Source: Kudoa neothunni | Lineage: Eukaryota > Animalia > Cnidaria | Reading direction: 5' to 3' | Assembly (NCBI GenBank): GCA_964304625.1 | Contig: OZ199838.1 | Coordinates: 11,247,608-11,311,607 of the forward strand | Length of the DNA stretch: 64,000 nucleotides | Shown: one piece after another, positions 44,701-58,974 of the stretch | Position numbering within the stretch: the stretch's first letter is position 1 | Layout of the letters: the number at the start of each line of letters is the position of its first letter | Position numbers and translations under genes: made by a program | The notes under the pieces: generated by a model | What the model was told of the DNA's origin: nothing | What the model saw: only the letters and a program-made list of their open reading frames with translations | Database searches by the model: none

Positions 44701-46383
44701 AACGAAGTAGCAGCAGTAGAAGATTTAAAAACAGGACGGTGAACCGTCTGCTCAGTATTATGAACTATTTTTGGTGGAATATTTTCTGCATCACAAATCA
44801 TCATCGAAACTGGTTTCACATTAGTTTTATTATCATCAAGATTTCTCAGGGATCCCAAAGACGTTGCATTAATGTTGGTGTTGGGAACAGATTCCTCGCT
44901 TGATGAGGTGGTTGCACGATATACAAAAGGAGTGGATGTCATTTGAGTGCTTAAAACCGATTTGAAATTAACACTATCTTCATGTGGATTTCTAATGGGG
45001 AAAATTTAGTCGAAATAATACCACATTCCGAATATAATCACATTGTGGAGGTAACAGATCTATGTTTAGGAGTGTATGCAGCCATCGATGTGAATAGCTG
45101 TCTTTTTCCCATCGCCACACCTTTCTCATTAACGTAAGGTGTACTTTGATTGGTATTGAGATTAGTGGATTGATTATCTGACGGTTTTAGAGTGGAGTTG
45201 TTATCCACGTAGACTGAAAAGGCAGACTGATTGCCGATCGCATCCAAATGCTTCGGAGCTTCATACATTGTTTGATCATAGAGTGATGGTTGGGAGAAAC
45301 AATTGGTGACAAAATCTTTTGCTTGCTGAACGAGCAATGTGGCTTGGTGCTGGTGCTTTTCTTGTATAGTCTCCTCTTCTACTAGAGAGTGTTCGGTGTG
45401 GTTAACCAATGTAATGGCACTTAGATCATTCATATAACTAAGATTAATGCTGTCATCACTAGTCATCAATTTTCTTCTATTCACAACCACAGGCGAATCT
45501 GTCATACGTGTATCTTCTTGTAAGGTACAGTTGATACTCAACAATCCAGTGGTAACATCCATTGTCACATCGGCCTCTTCTTTGTCCTCCAATAGCCCAA
45601 TCCAAATTGGTACCATTTCAATGTCTCTCTCGTAGTTAATGTCTGTGTTGTGTTTGCCCAACTTGTTAACACAATAATTAACGGCTTTTATCTCTTCCAT
45701 TGAAATTTTATCTATGAGCTGATCGTAATTATTGTCATCCGTGACGCTGTTCGAGTAAAACATTATTTTCACCTATACAATAACAAATTTTAGTATGAAA
45801 TCAACAAACGCCTAAAAACATTTCGTTTCTGAACAATCGAACTTATTTTGTCCTTGTAATTGGATTTGAATTGTCTGGCTTGTTCGCGTATCTTTTCCAT
45901 CGGTACACAATCGTTGGCCACTGCTTTGGAAAACACATTTAAAACTTGATCCAACTTATCACGTTTTAACAACACATCCACCCATTGCACATAAAAATCA
46001 GCCATCTTCCTAAACAAATGCTTGTCGTATATCTTTTGATATATATCATTCGGATTAGGGAAACAGTCTGCATATCTACACCAAAGATTCATATAATGAA
46101 TATCTTTGGTTAAGGCTGATTCAAAATTTCGACAGGACACCAATGAAAATTCCAACGCAGACACAATCGATGTAATTGCAGTGTTACGTTCAGCCCATTC
46201 TATATACCTGTATATGATGAGTTATTGCTATAAATGGAATGGTACCAGCTGCAACAACTTACCCATTCACATTAACCATAATATTTTCTATTGTGGATGA
46301 TTTAATTTTTTTTCTATATTTTCTAAATTAAAAAACCTTAAAACAGAAAATTTATGATATTCATGTGACTACTCTTCCTCCAT
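41701..46383 (-). CDS. BUB1: Spindle checkpoint kinase BUB1 (multi-exon)
   Basis: TPR region (YMNLWCRYAD, ADFYVQW), GLEBS-like SMEEIKA, ABBA FSVYVD, kinase GEGGFASVF, HGDIKPDNILL, LKLIDFGRCID, FECIEMIENKPW. Confidence 0.92.
42745..42826. repeat. tRNA-related repeat in BUB1 intron
   Basis: B-box core GTTCGAAC; the reverse complement ATGCGCGA..AGAGCGGCACGGCGCCA resembles 19331-19365. Confidence 0.4.
42979..43896. mobile_element. hAT (Buster-type) MITE in the large BUB1 intron
   Basis: TIRs CAAAGGTCACCAAAGT and ACTTTGGTGATCATTG; subterminal GCGGGCC; perfect TSD GTCTATCA (42971-42978, 43897-43904). Confidence 0.9.
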
Positions 46384-46639
46384 CGTGCATATTCTCCAAA
46401 AATGTGCCGCCAACGTTATTGCGTGCGCATGTCACCATCTTGACCAACTGTATGACAGACATAAGGAAATTTATTCATTATCGTTGATAGCTCTATTTGT
46501 TTGCGATATTTAATTTTTATTGAATACTTTTTCGAAACAATATTTTAAAACTATACATAATTAAATCCCATGTATATTTATTGAGTAGTTTCGTCAAATT
46601 AGGTTATTATGATGTTTTTCATTGGTTGAAATGCAATAA

Positions 46640-46672
<33 letters not shown>

Positions 46673-46675
<3 letters not shown>

Positions 46676-48290
46676 TAGGTAACCTATTTCGCGTAACTTT
46701 TCAGCGTTAGGCGGATTTAGTGATGTGCCTTTTTTTACATTTATAATGTCTGAAAAAATTAAAAATGAGGAAATAATAAAACAAAAACATAAATTTGTTG
46801 ACTTTTTTTAAATATATTAAACAAGAGTGCAAAAATACTACTTTTAGTAAATTTTAGCCCCTTTCGATTACTATTCTAGATATCAACTTGATTAGGAAGA
46901 AAGATATAGTTTTATCTTATAAACTGGTTTGGTTACTTCAGAGAGAAAAAATTTAAAACAGTGTTCAAATAATGACATCGATACTATAGTATATGACTAG
47001 GTGAATTATCTGAGATAAAAAAATTGAGCTATCTGATCATGATGTCGTACATGAAACGAACCAATTGACAAGATAATTGAACCTAAGCGTAGTAACGATC
47101 CATGATTGTTTCGTGGCTTTAAATCGCGATTTATTTTAAAAATATCACTGCTTGTGGTGATGTTGCTTATGTTGACTAAAGTTGTGTAGAAAATTGGTAA
47201 TTTAAATTGAATGACTAAGTCAAAGGTAACAACGATGACTGTATCAATAACCTTGAAGAAACTACACTATTTTACTAACAACATAGAGATCTATTATTTT
47301 TCATGCTATGTTTCGTCGAGAGAAAAAAATCTAAAAAATAGTTACTGTTTTGCGACGTGCATCTACGCCTAGAGGTTGCATTGAATCTCTTGTGATTGGA
47401 AATCACAAAAACCATGTTGTTTTAAAAATGCTAAATAAAACATTTCTAGTAAAATACAAATCAAACAGGAAAGAATGAATGACTAGGGAATCGTTTAAGA
47501 AATATCTTCCTAATTTTAATAATGAATTCAAAACGACGTACAAGAAAGTTTTGCTACTTCTTAATAATGCTACTTGGCACGACAAAATTCATTCATCGAG
47601 TATCTCTCTTATATTCCTTACAAAAAATTCAACTAGCATTTTGCCACGATTAGACCATGGAAACATTTTCTTATTCAAATCAAATTACAAAAATAATTTA
47701 ATAGATAGCCATATTGCTGAAGTTAGCAGTGATATAAATACATCCTCCCAAGGTATGCTTTAAACATTGTTCCTAATTATAAATAATGGGACAGTGTTTC
47801 AAAGGATATTGTATTTAACTGATTCAGAAAATATGAGTTTCCTGCAGCCGATAAATAAGAGCATTCATTAAATATTAATTTAAGCAATAAATAATTCTCA
47901 GCTGGAAATTCCGAGATTTTTCAAGAGGAAGTCATTATGTCTACATCAAAACACTTTGACGAGCTTGCTCCTTTAATTGTTGAATCTGCGGATTCTGAAA
48001 CCGAAAATTTAGGAGCGTCAGAATTTATATCAGAAAAAGATGTATTTAAATTTTTAAACAAGCAGAATAGACATACGATAGAGAGGAATTGATTATCTAA
48101 ACGAAATAATGACTTAAGATGATAAAATTACGATATACGTCTTTAAAAATATGAATAAAAATAACATCAAATAACATATTATTTCATTAAAAGGAAATGA
48201 ATGTATAAATTAAATTAATTTCTTTAAAATAGGCATATCTTTTTATTTTGGCGTGCGCCGAAAGTTGCGGAAAATCGGCTACCTCTACTG
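46673..48290 (+). mobile_element. pogo/Tigger element, heavily decayed
   Basis: TA|CAGTAG.. and ..CTACTG|TA imperfect TIRs; remnant LLLLNNATWH, FLTKNSTSILPRLDHG; abuts a (TA)n tract. Confidence 0.85.
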
Positions 48291-48624
48291 TACAACAAAT
48301 TAAAATAATCAACAGGTTCGATTTTGGTCGTGGTCGCTGATTTGGATTATGGCGACTATTCTACACTTTAACCGTTACCACTATTTATCGTCTAATGCTT
48401 GCAATCAATGTGAATTATTTGTTTAAAATTGCTGTAATCAATAGTAAATAATTGATATTTAGAAATTGTGATAAAACACTAAAATCATAGTTGTCACTAT
48501 CCAATTTAAGAATACATAAAAATTACTTCACTCAATTGAGTGGTATGACCTGTAAACATGATTACGAGAGAATAGAAGATAAATCTATTACTACACTAAA
48601 TATGTATAACAAATAGAATATCAA

Positions 48625-50558
48625 CCTTTTAACGGACCGAAAGAACTCTCGAACGGATTTTGGGGTCTGTGGGACCCCAGGTTTTTTTTGACTTAATCTA
48701 ACTATAAAATTATGGAAATGTGATCCTTGAGTTATTAAAAAATTCTATTAACAAAATATTTAGGAAATCACACTTTATTTAATAAATTAATCCTCAATAA
48801 TCCGATCTGGTGCTACTTTGCAGTCACTCGCGATGAATATTAATTAGCACACTTAGGAGAATCATGGCCAAATACATTCAAGAATAGGGTTTTTAAACAA
48901 ATACGTTTGTAATATCAATATTTTTGTATTATTAACAATTCAGTTATGTATTAGAAAAAGTAAAGCTGCCTTAAAAATGATCACACTCTGACAATGTGAT
49001 AACTTAATTTTAACATTTCCTTACAAAATTGACCACTTTTTGTTCAAAGTTGAAATTTAATTTGATTTTTTTAGTATATATTGGAATCAGTTTTTATATA
49101 ATTATTTTCGTTCATAGTTATTTCCAACTGTTGGATGTACAAAATTAAAACCAACTCATTTAAGAAATCACGTCTTAACATATTTTCCTCCTCGATGATA
49201 TGTTTATATAGACAAGTACAATCGACCAATTTTAAGTTTATTATATAGAACCCACCATAGGTCACATTCAGCTAAATCAGCTGACGTCATGGGCATGCAC
49301 TTCTTAAAAGAACGTCTTCCTTTGAGAGATAAAATAGCTTATCAACAGTAATGTCTTCACTAGGATAAAAACACAGGAAATATTTCAACCCACATGTCTA
49401 AATATGTTAAGACATGGACAAAATTTGTCTAATTCCTTCCTGCCTTTCGGACTTGATATTTGATCACCAAAATGTAGGAAACTTAATATTTGTTAAAAAT
49501 AATTGAAGAGAAAGAACATACATGTGCTTTACTACCGACCGAGCTAAATAATTCAACATAGGTTCTTCTCTGTCCTTATGTACATCAGTTAAAATTAGGG
49601 TTCTAGAAAATTTCCCCGGTTCAACATCATTTATGTTGGTCCGAGATTTATGAGAATGTAATTTTCAAATTACATTAGCATTCATTATTATCCTCTGACA
49701 AACAGCAACAGCAAAAAATATATTGAAACTATCCAAAATGTATTCTAGGCTCTCTAACAAACAAAAAGCAATTGGGCTAAGGACTACATTCCATGATATT
49801 ATAAACCGAATTTCTTGAAGATGGTGTATTACTTAGTTATAAAATTATTTCGCCTCTGTTGTTTGTAGAATTTATTGAAAACTCGGTTCCTGATGTGCCA
49901 TTCGAACATTTCGATACTTCAAATGTTGTTTCATCGAAATCGCTACCGAAAGGTCAGAATTTGTCATTGAAATGACCGGAACTGCTTTTCGTTATCAAAT
50001 ACACTAGTTATTAAAAGGGAACATGTATTAAGTGAAACATTTTAAATTGCTTAAAAAATTTAATTTTACTTATATAAATTTTATTATTATCTAAAATAAA
50101 GAGAATATGTATACATAAACTTCCTTTTCTAATTTATTAGCTGTGATTACAGACAAATAACAAGGACATTTCAATGTCAGCGCAACGACATATTACGGGG
50201 CTCCAGACGACTTTTCCCGTATCGAATTATCAGGGATTAGTTCGTGCAGTGATAAACGATTTTCTTGATATTGCATCGATAGAATTACTTGATAAGTTAA
50301 GGATCATATTTCCATAATTTTATACTTAGATTAAGTTAAAAAAACCTGGGGTCCATTTGGATCTCAAAGTCCGATGGAAGATAGATTTTTATTTTCGTGT
50401 TATGTAATAGCAATTATAAACTACAAAATACATAAATATTTAATTTACATCAATATAGAAAAATAGCCAAGATTCCAGGCTTGGACATATATTAGAAAAA
50501 TTTTATGGGCAATATAATGTGGCGCTGTGGTCCCACAGACCCTAAGTTCGTTAGAGGA
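48625..50558 (-). mobile_element. Degenerate piggyBac element
   Basis: Inverted GGGTCTGTGGGACC motifs near both ends; TTAA at 50559-50562; minus-strand remnants YPSEDITVDK and KGRRSFKKCMP. Confidence 0.75.
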
Positions 50559-51447
50559 TTAAATGAAGAATATTTAAACATCAAAACTAGTAAATATACA
50601 AAAATAAAAAATCAGCGTAGTCGGTTTAGTTCGTTGTAACTGACATCGATTATAAGCACTATTCCGCATTTTAAAGACAATTTATTTATTGATACCTTAA
50701 TGAATTTACTAATTTAATCGGTCTATGAATTGTTAACACGACTCATTTACGATTGAAGTATTATACTTCTACAAATTAATCAAAAAAATATCTGAACGAA
50801 GAATAATTTAATTCTATAATATTTTTAATGTTTAAAACAATTCAATAATCCAGATTAAACAGTATTATCTAATTGACTGCTTTAACTTATGGAGTTGGAA
50901 CGTTTTAATCGGATAATCGATTAATATAATGTATCCAATGTCATTTATTAACAAATTAAACATTTAAGAATAATAACTGAAGCAATGTAGAATTTGAAAG
51001 TAATTAAAAATTGATAATCTCTTCTAATCCTTACCTTTTGAGTATTTTTGAAAGAAAAATAATAACGACTCAAAGAATCCTGATATTTTCGTTGGGAGTG
51101 TGAATAGTAAACAATGACGTAGTATATTGTTTTAGATTTTTATTCTTTAGGTTGATGACGCATTACACATTAATTTTGAGTAATCTCACCAAGTCAATAA
51201 TCTTATTAAAAAATATAGAGCACGACATCGATTCCAACTAATGAAAATGATGGTTTTGAGCCACAACTCCAATCACCATTTGGATAATGGTTAGTTGCGT
51301 CACAGATATCCGTCAATGTTAGTTAAACAACTAACCTTTTGTCGATAATATCGAATGGCCTCGCATCACCTCGGTACAGATTGAATAACTTATTGGTGGC
51401 GAGATAATCTATTTAATTATTGGTGTAAGGAGGACCCTCTGCACAAA

Positions 51448-54400
51448 ATGAACGAAACCACTCACAATAAAATCACTAAACTCTATCAAATCTTAAGTGG
51501 GAAAATTCATAATAAAAGATTTGACTATCCTTTATTTGAATGGGATACACTGTTGGATTTTATGCTCTCATTCTACGATGAGTTTTGTGACCCATCACGA
51601 AACAATCGAGATAAAGCTATTGGAATGTTTAATAAAATATGTGATTTGATTTTTTTTGAGAATGTAATAATTTTTTTGTAATAATTTGGATAGATTCAGA
51701 GAATGTAAAAGAGCTTAAAAACCTAAGAATATCGAAAAATGATTTTGACACTGTTAAAATTATCGGTAAAGGTCACTTTGGTGAGGTAACTATTTCCATT
51801 GAGAAACTATAAACTTGTTAATCTTTTTCATAAAAATTAATCTTTTCAATTGGTTAATGATAGTCGATCAATTAACTCCTTTGTTTTTAGGTTGTTGTGG
51901 TGAAAGAAAAAAATACATCAAATGTTTATGCGATGAAGGTTTTGAAAAAGTCAGCAACTCTCTCTCAGGATAATGTATGTTATTGATTAACTCATAGTTG
52001 TTATCTATGATAATAAATAATAAAATTAACTATAATTGTTGGCACATTGATCACATGGCTCTAATCCGCAGACAAAATAATTCTATTATTTAACTAATCA
52101 CTTTCTGCTTTTAATATCTAACCTTAATGACATAATAGGATAGTTGAATAAAAATATTATTTTCTTAATTCTTTATATGCTTTTGATTGTTTTAAATAGA
52201 ATTTATTCTTTTGTTTAACAAGCTAAAAATAGGATGGGTAAGCAGATAACCAAATATTCTGTATTTAGTCTAGAATGGCGGATTATAAAATTAAGTTGAT
52301 TCTAAACTGAACGGATATTTTGATTGGGATTACTTTTGAGATCTTAAATTTATACTCTTACTTTTTTTACTAATGTGACTAACCGAGTTAGATGGCTTTC
52401 TTTTTTGAAGAACGAGATATCATGGCGTTTGCCAATAGTGAATGGGTCACCTCACTTCATTACGCTTTCCAGGATTATGATCATTTGTATTTGGTTATGG
52501 AGTTTCTTCCTGGTGGAGATTTGCTTTCTTTGCTAAATCGATATGAGGATTGTGTGGTGGACGAGGAAACCTGTAAATTCTATCTATCCGAGATAATTAT
52601 TGCTATCAATTGTGTTCATAAAATCGGTTACGTTCATCGTGACATCAAACCTGAAAATGTGTTAATCGATTTGACTGGTCATATTAAACTGGCTGATTTT
52701 GGATCGGCTGCTCGACTTGTGAATGGCAAACAGGTGTTTGGAAAGATGCCTGTTGGTACGCCTGAATACATTGCACCAGAAGTGCTCACAAGTATGGACA
52801 GTGGAGGTGGCCGATATGGGGTAGGTTGTGACTATTGGAGTATTGGTGTGGTAGCTTATGAAATGTTATTTGGGTGTTTGCCGTTCGAGAGTGACAGTGT
52901 GCTTCAATTGTACAATCAGATCATGCATTTCAAAGAGAACTTGGAATTTCCTGATGACACTGAGATCAGACCCGATACAAAAGATCTTATTTGTGGTCTT
53001 ATCTGCGATCAGAACGAACGTCTAACATACGGCGAGTTGGCAAAACATGGATTTTTTAAAAATCTCGATTGGACCACCATGAAAAATATGCCTCCTCCTC
53101 ATGTGCCAGTTGTTACCAGTCGTACAGACACGTCGAATTTTGATGACATCAATACCTCTTCGACAGCTATGCTAGGCGGGAGTACCACAAAAAAAGCAGC
53201 TGGATTTTCTAGCGCCAACTTCCTGCCATTCATTGGTTTCACTTTCACTCGTTCACTTAAGCAGCAACTGGATGATGATATATCTAAAAATATTAACGGA
53301 TTTATCAACAAAGCTAATAGTGTATCAGGTATTTCCGCCAGTGCCACAGGCACTATAGCCGGCTCTTGTAACGAAGAACCATCAACCGTAATCAACCCAA
53401 ACAACACCTCGTCTATATTTGACACCCAACATGACAAATGTGTTACCGAGATGATACTAAACGAGCATAAATCACTCTCAATCGAACTTGAGAATGCTAA
53501 AAAAGATTTGGAGAGAGCGAGAAAGGATTTGGTTGCCTCCCAAAGTGAGGTTACTCGCATTGAAACTGACAAACAATTCTACGTCCAAGAGACTGAAAAA
53601 CTGAAAGCTCGCTACAAAGAACTTTCCCAAAAATATGATGTCTCTGTGGAGCAGAGTGGGAAAATCGACCTACAAGGACACAAACTTGTGAATGATCTTT
53701 TGTCAGTTTTTGATTGTGGCCATGATTTAAAATTCAAAGGTGCTGTCGAGAGCAATGATATGATTGCAAAGGTTAGGGCCGAATACTCGGAATTGAAGAA
53801 GACGAGAGACGAGTCCAATGAAAAGGTTCATGATCTTACTTCTCAGATTTCTATGCTGAATTATCGAGTGGAATTGTTGACCAAAAATATCAAAGATAAC
53901 GAAGATCGATATAGTTCTTCTTGTGGGGAACTTCGTGAGACAATATCCTCATTACAAACCGCCTTAGACAAAACCACCAACGAATCCCAGTCGGCGATAT
54001 CATCTATGAAACAAAGTGCAGCCGAAAGGAAGCTACAGCTAAAAACATTAACCGAAGAATTGGAGCGTTTAAAGATATCAACCAGCGTCAAAAAGAAACC
54101 TGAACAAGATCCCAATTTGCTTGGCGTTTTGCAATCCGATCTAAACACAGCTAATAGCAGTGTGAATCTGTTGACAGACGAGAACAGAAGACTGGCTGGA
54201 AAAGTTAGCGAAACTAGTGAATTGAATTTTAAACTCAAAAAAGAAATTGCCAACCTTCAAACCCGCACAGAAACTTTAATCAAGGAGGCCAAAGATGCAA
54301 GCTCGGAAGCGAAAAACTTGAAGAGCGCAATCACCGACAAAAACCTTAATATTTCCGATTTAAATGAGAAAATTTCATCGTTGGAACGAGCACAAGTAGA

Positions 54401-57400
54401 AATAATGTGCCAACACGAATTGCTATCAACAAAGCTGAAAAGCAAAGAACAAGTTCAGTTGGATTTGGAAAGTAAAGTGAAAGAGTTGAAAGATGAATTG
54501 GAAAGACACAAAAACAGAGACAACGTAGAGGTGCAACAACTTTCATCTCAACTGTTATTGGCTAACAATAAAATTGAATCTCTGTCAGTTGAAATCGAAG
54601 ATAAAATGTCGTCTGAAACCTTTTATAGGAATTCGCTCAAATTTTCTCAGGGTGAGGTCTCTAAATTAGTCACCGAGGTAAAACGACTAGAAACAGCAAA
54701 CGCTAAATTGGATACCTCACTCACTAGATTAAATGACACCATCCACACTCAAAAAGTTTCCAACTATTCCCTCACTGAGTTGGTCGAGAAACTAAAAGAA
54801 GATATCACCTCGGCAAACAACGAAACTAGGCAAGTATCTAATGATTTCGAAGAGTTCAAAGCCAAATCATACGAAGATAACATTAGACTCACCGAGACAT
54901 TGAAACAACAAGAAAAACTCATTGAGTTCTTGCAAAAAATGAACCTCAAAACTAAAAAAACATTCAAAACGGAATCTAAAGAAGAATTCTATCATGGATC
55001 TTTTGACGTGGGATCAAGACCCAGAAGAGAGAGAACTACTAGATTAAACAAATATAAATCACTTGCGAATCAAAGCAAACAATCAACCGAATCGAAAGAT
55101 GTAAAAGAGTGTGTCGACAGATCTCAATCTACGCGCCCTAATTCGATTTCCAGAGATGGTCAAAGTATAACTCAAACAACACAGAACACAACATCCAACT
55201 TTGCTAATGTGACACAAGGTGCCAATGAAAATAACGTGGAGTCATTCCAAGCCAATTTGGAAAATGTTATCGCTTCCAGTCCACAATCATCATCAAAACC
55301 GGTTTCTACGTTCAACAGTACAACTGCTGCCGAGTCGTGTACACCCCACAGTATCGATGGTAGTGATGATGATGTAATAAGAAATTCTCAAGAAAGCCAG
55401 GTGATCTCCTTGAATCAAGGTTCTGGCAATGCTTCGTTAGGGAAAAAGATGGTCCTCAGTTGATCAACACATTCCAATGGCTGCCAAATATTCTATTTTG
55501 GGTGCAGGACGTGATGCCTCGGTCGGCATCAATGATCAAGTTTGCTCGTCGATTCATAGTGCTAGTGACGAGGCGATCGTGGGTGACCTCAGTCGACATT
55601 TATTTATAGAACGACTAAACCTATGCAATATAATTTGTATGGTTTGTTACAATCTCATCCAATTTGGCACATTATTTAACGTATGTAAAATGTGTTTTCT
55701 TCGATGTCATGTGGATTGTTGTGATAATGTGTATGTTCAATGTGTGCACGGTGGAGAATACGACTGGTTTTGTTACATACCCACTATTCGATATTGTCGA
55801 AATTATTTTTCCACCCAATACAACTACGATGTTCCAATAATGGGTTGGGTCAGCATGTTAACCAAAATTATCAAAACCAAAACCGAATGGGAACAACGTT
55901 GGATGGTGTGCAGAAATAACTCGATTGATTTCTTCAAACAACAAAAAACCCTCAAAGATATCAGCAACCAATCCATAAAAGATCCCGACTTGATCGAATC
56001 GTTTTCTTTTGAACCTGGCGAATTTTCAGTTCATATCAATATGTGCACTAGTGAAACATTGACCTATGCTGGTACTACCGATTCCAGAAGCTATTGGTAC
56101 ATCAAAGTTAACCCTCAGTACAACACTGTTAGTAAAAAAAAGGGGGCTCAATCATCTTTGCTCTATATTTCCACATCTCTTCAAGATAAAGCCTATTGGG
56201 GTTGCAGTGTTGAGTCATCTGTTTAATCAATACACGCCTGTAAACAATACCGTCAAAACCAACTCTCAACATGTTCGTTTCATTGAGAGTATTGATACCA
56301 AAAACCTCTTCAATATATGTTACACTCTCACACTCAATAATGATGTATTTTTTAGTTGGGTTTAAATATTTTGACTTATTTTTCCGATACAAACTATACA
56401 ATCACCTTTTAGATATCTCTTCTTGCTACATCCAATGAACTTTTTATCTATAACAATAGTGGTCATGGAACTTCTTCTCAGAAAAATTGCCATTTGATAA
56501 AACTGAATGGGCTTAATTTTATATCAGGAATGACCAAAGTGAAGGATAATGCGTTCATAATTTGTGGTAAAACGCGATTATTAATTAAAATTGAAGCAAA
56601 AGTTTTGATGAACGAATTAAAATCCAAGACACCATCCACGTTCGATGCTAACAAGTTCACCTTTTCATCGCTTATTAGAAATTGTCACATGGTTAAAGCT
56701 GGAAAGGTATGTTTTACTGCGCTTGTATACCATCCTCGCATTTGAGGTTGAACTTTTATAAGATGATTCTTCTTATTAATATAGTGTAATGGAGAGTATT
56801 ACGTTGCTGTGGGAATAGGAGCGAGATTCATTCTTCTGAAACCTTCCAATGGAACACAACTTATGGTATGTGCCGGGCATGTTTATTTCGAATATTTACT
56901 TTTTTTTCTATCGCCAGGATATCACGTTTGGATCATTCATTAAAAATATCCACTTCACATCTATTGGTATCATATACCAAACTGAATTTGTTCAAATCCT
57001 CAATATCAAAAATGGAGATATGAAAAATTTCTTCGATCCAAACGATACCACCCTTTCTGTCCAAATTTTTGGTCAAAAATCCTCGTATAATTATCTGCTA
57101 GATGTCTTTACTCTAAAAACCAAGAAGGGCCATGAAGAATTTTTATTCTGTTATTCAGGTATGTTTTTTCGTTAGTGATGCAATTAACATCTGATTAATT
57201 CGTGGCTGTCTAGAGCTTGGAATTTTTGTCAACCGAGATGGAAAAAGATCGAGAAATATTGATTTAATCTGGCCGGATGTTCCTACCGAATTTCATATGG
57301 TCGGAAAACATCTTCTTTGTGTGTGCTACTACGATCGAATCGATGCGTATGATCTTTCGGATGTACCAGCCAATTCGAATGAGTATTTGTTTGATTCTTA

Positions 57401-57552
57401 TGCATTTTCTCTCAATTGGTATTAGATTCAAAATTCGAATATCATACCCTGTTCTTTCATCATCTTTCGTCCATGAAACCTCGAATTCCATCCATGTTTG
57501 TGCCTCAGATATTGATGGAAATTTCGGTTTGTATAGATTAGATCTACGTTAA
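51448..57552 (+). CDS. CIT: Citron Rho-interacting kinase (kinase, coiled coil, C1, PH, CNH), multi-exon; one apparent 1-nt frameshift
   Basis: GKGHFGEV, PGGDLLSLLNRYED, HRDIKPENVLID, GHIKLADFGSAA, PVGTPEYIAPEVL, LPFIGFTF; long coiled coil; C1 (H..CMVC..CKMC..CHVDC..C); PH; CNH-like end (EFLFCYS, GIFVNRDGKRSR). Confidence 0.88.
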
Positions 57553-58514
57553 ATTAACGGCTAATCCAGTCAATCCGTTCTTATTTTTAGACAAGTGGAA
57601 TTTATATATTCTTATTAACTATCTAAGCCTGTTTTATGATTTCAATTTTATTCATGTTTGATTTTTTCCTTATGAATTTTATCCATTACTTGTATAGAAA
57701 ATTAATAATAAATACATCATAACCTTAGTTTTCTTTAAATATGAGTTCGCCAAGAAGTTTTTTATCATCAAATGTCTTAAGAGTAACTAATTGCTAACAA
57801 AGTATAGACATATCTATTATATTGAGTGAGGTTTTAATTTTTTAGTTATCAACGTGGTGGTTCTTGCATAATTTAAAGAGGTAAATATTTTAATTTGTGA
57901 ACTCAAGTAGTTTTCCTTGAAAAATTCGGATCCAAATTTTTCATAACTACAAATTATTAAAAAACGATAAATTTAATTGACAAAAATAAAAAACCCATTG
58001 TAAGTTTTGCATGTTTATGCTAGTAAGCAATCGAATTTCCTTTCTCCATGATGATCAGCGGCAAGGTATTGAAAATTAATCACCGACCGGTTTTACGTAC
58101 TTTTTGATGTGTGCTCAACCAATAAAAATATTTTGTAATAAAGTAGTACAGTAGCGCAGAGTTATTGCGCGCTTTTAGAAATAATGTTAAAAATTCAAAA
58201 TATACAGATTTACTGTAGATATAAATCGCGAGATAAGAGTAAAGTATAACGTTAAATATAATTATAAAATTGAGAAATAATTTTTTCGTCGCGAAAAATA
58301 GGAGTGCATGCTTTTTGTACACTTCATGGTTACTATGCACTTGAAATCTATTGTTTGATTATATTGGCATGGTCAGTACGCAGTAAGAAAATAGTGAAAA
58401 TTATCTTTTACTTGAAGAAAACGTGTAGATTATTAAATAATTGGAAAAATTAGGAACTAAGAGTGGCTCTAAAGTGAACATCGTTAAGCGCTCTGCCCTT
58501 AAATCAGTCACCAC

Positions 58515-58974
58515 CAGGACTATCAGGGCTTGGGGTTTTACCCAAGATCTTGTGATTTTTATTGAAAATCTCTAAACATTGAATAATAACACAAATTTTA
58601 TTATGTGCGACATAAATATTTATATTTTTAATAACGTATCCTATGCAGATTATATTGTGTAGGGTTTAAACATTTACGATATTGAACGACAGCACAATAG
58701 ATTGTTTAACGTTATTTCAAAATATATCTTGAACTATGAATTAATTAATTCATTGTGAGCATATTGATCTAGATTCGACATTAATTTTGAGTGAGTGTTC
58801 GCGCCAATAAATTGCAATAATACGACGATAGATTTAAATTTAATATCTGTAGACGTAATTAAAGTCTCGGAAGATGATTAAAAACCTTAATAGATACAAT
58901 TCTATTTTTTTCGTACTTTAGACTAGCGTTGTTCTCAACCTTGGGTTTTTTCTAAAACCCCGCTGGCAGTCTTG
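58515..58974. mobile_element. hAT (Ac-type) MITE
   Basis: Imperfect TIRs CAGGACTATCAG and CTGGCAGTCTTG; perfect TSD GTCACCAC (58507-58514, 58975-58982). Confidence 0.8.

Noticed and set aside
46643-46672. (TA)n tracts (also ~10193-10216 and ~39689-39711)
   Set aside because: Ordinary microsatellites.
53099-54967. Several antisense ORFs within citron
   Set aside because: Shadow ORFs of a long coding exon; no recognisable motifs.
55401-55477. Apparent stop (55463) splitting citron into two genes, or readthrough
   Set aside because: A ~40-nt GT-AG intron (55401-55440) joins the frames.
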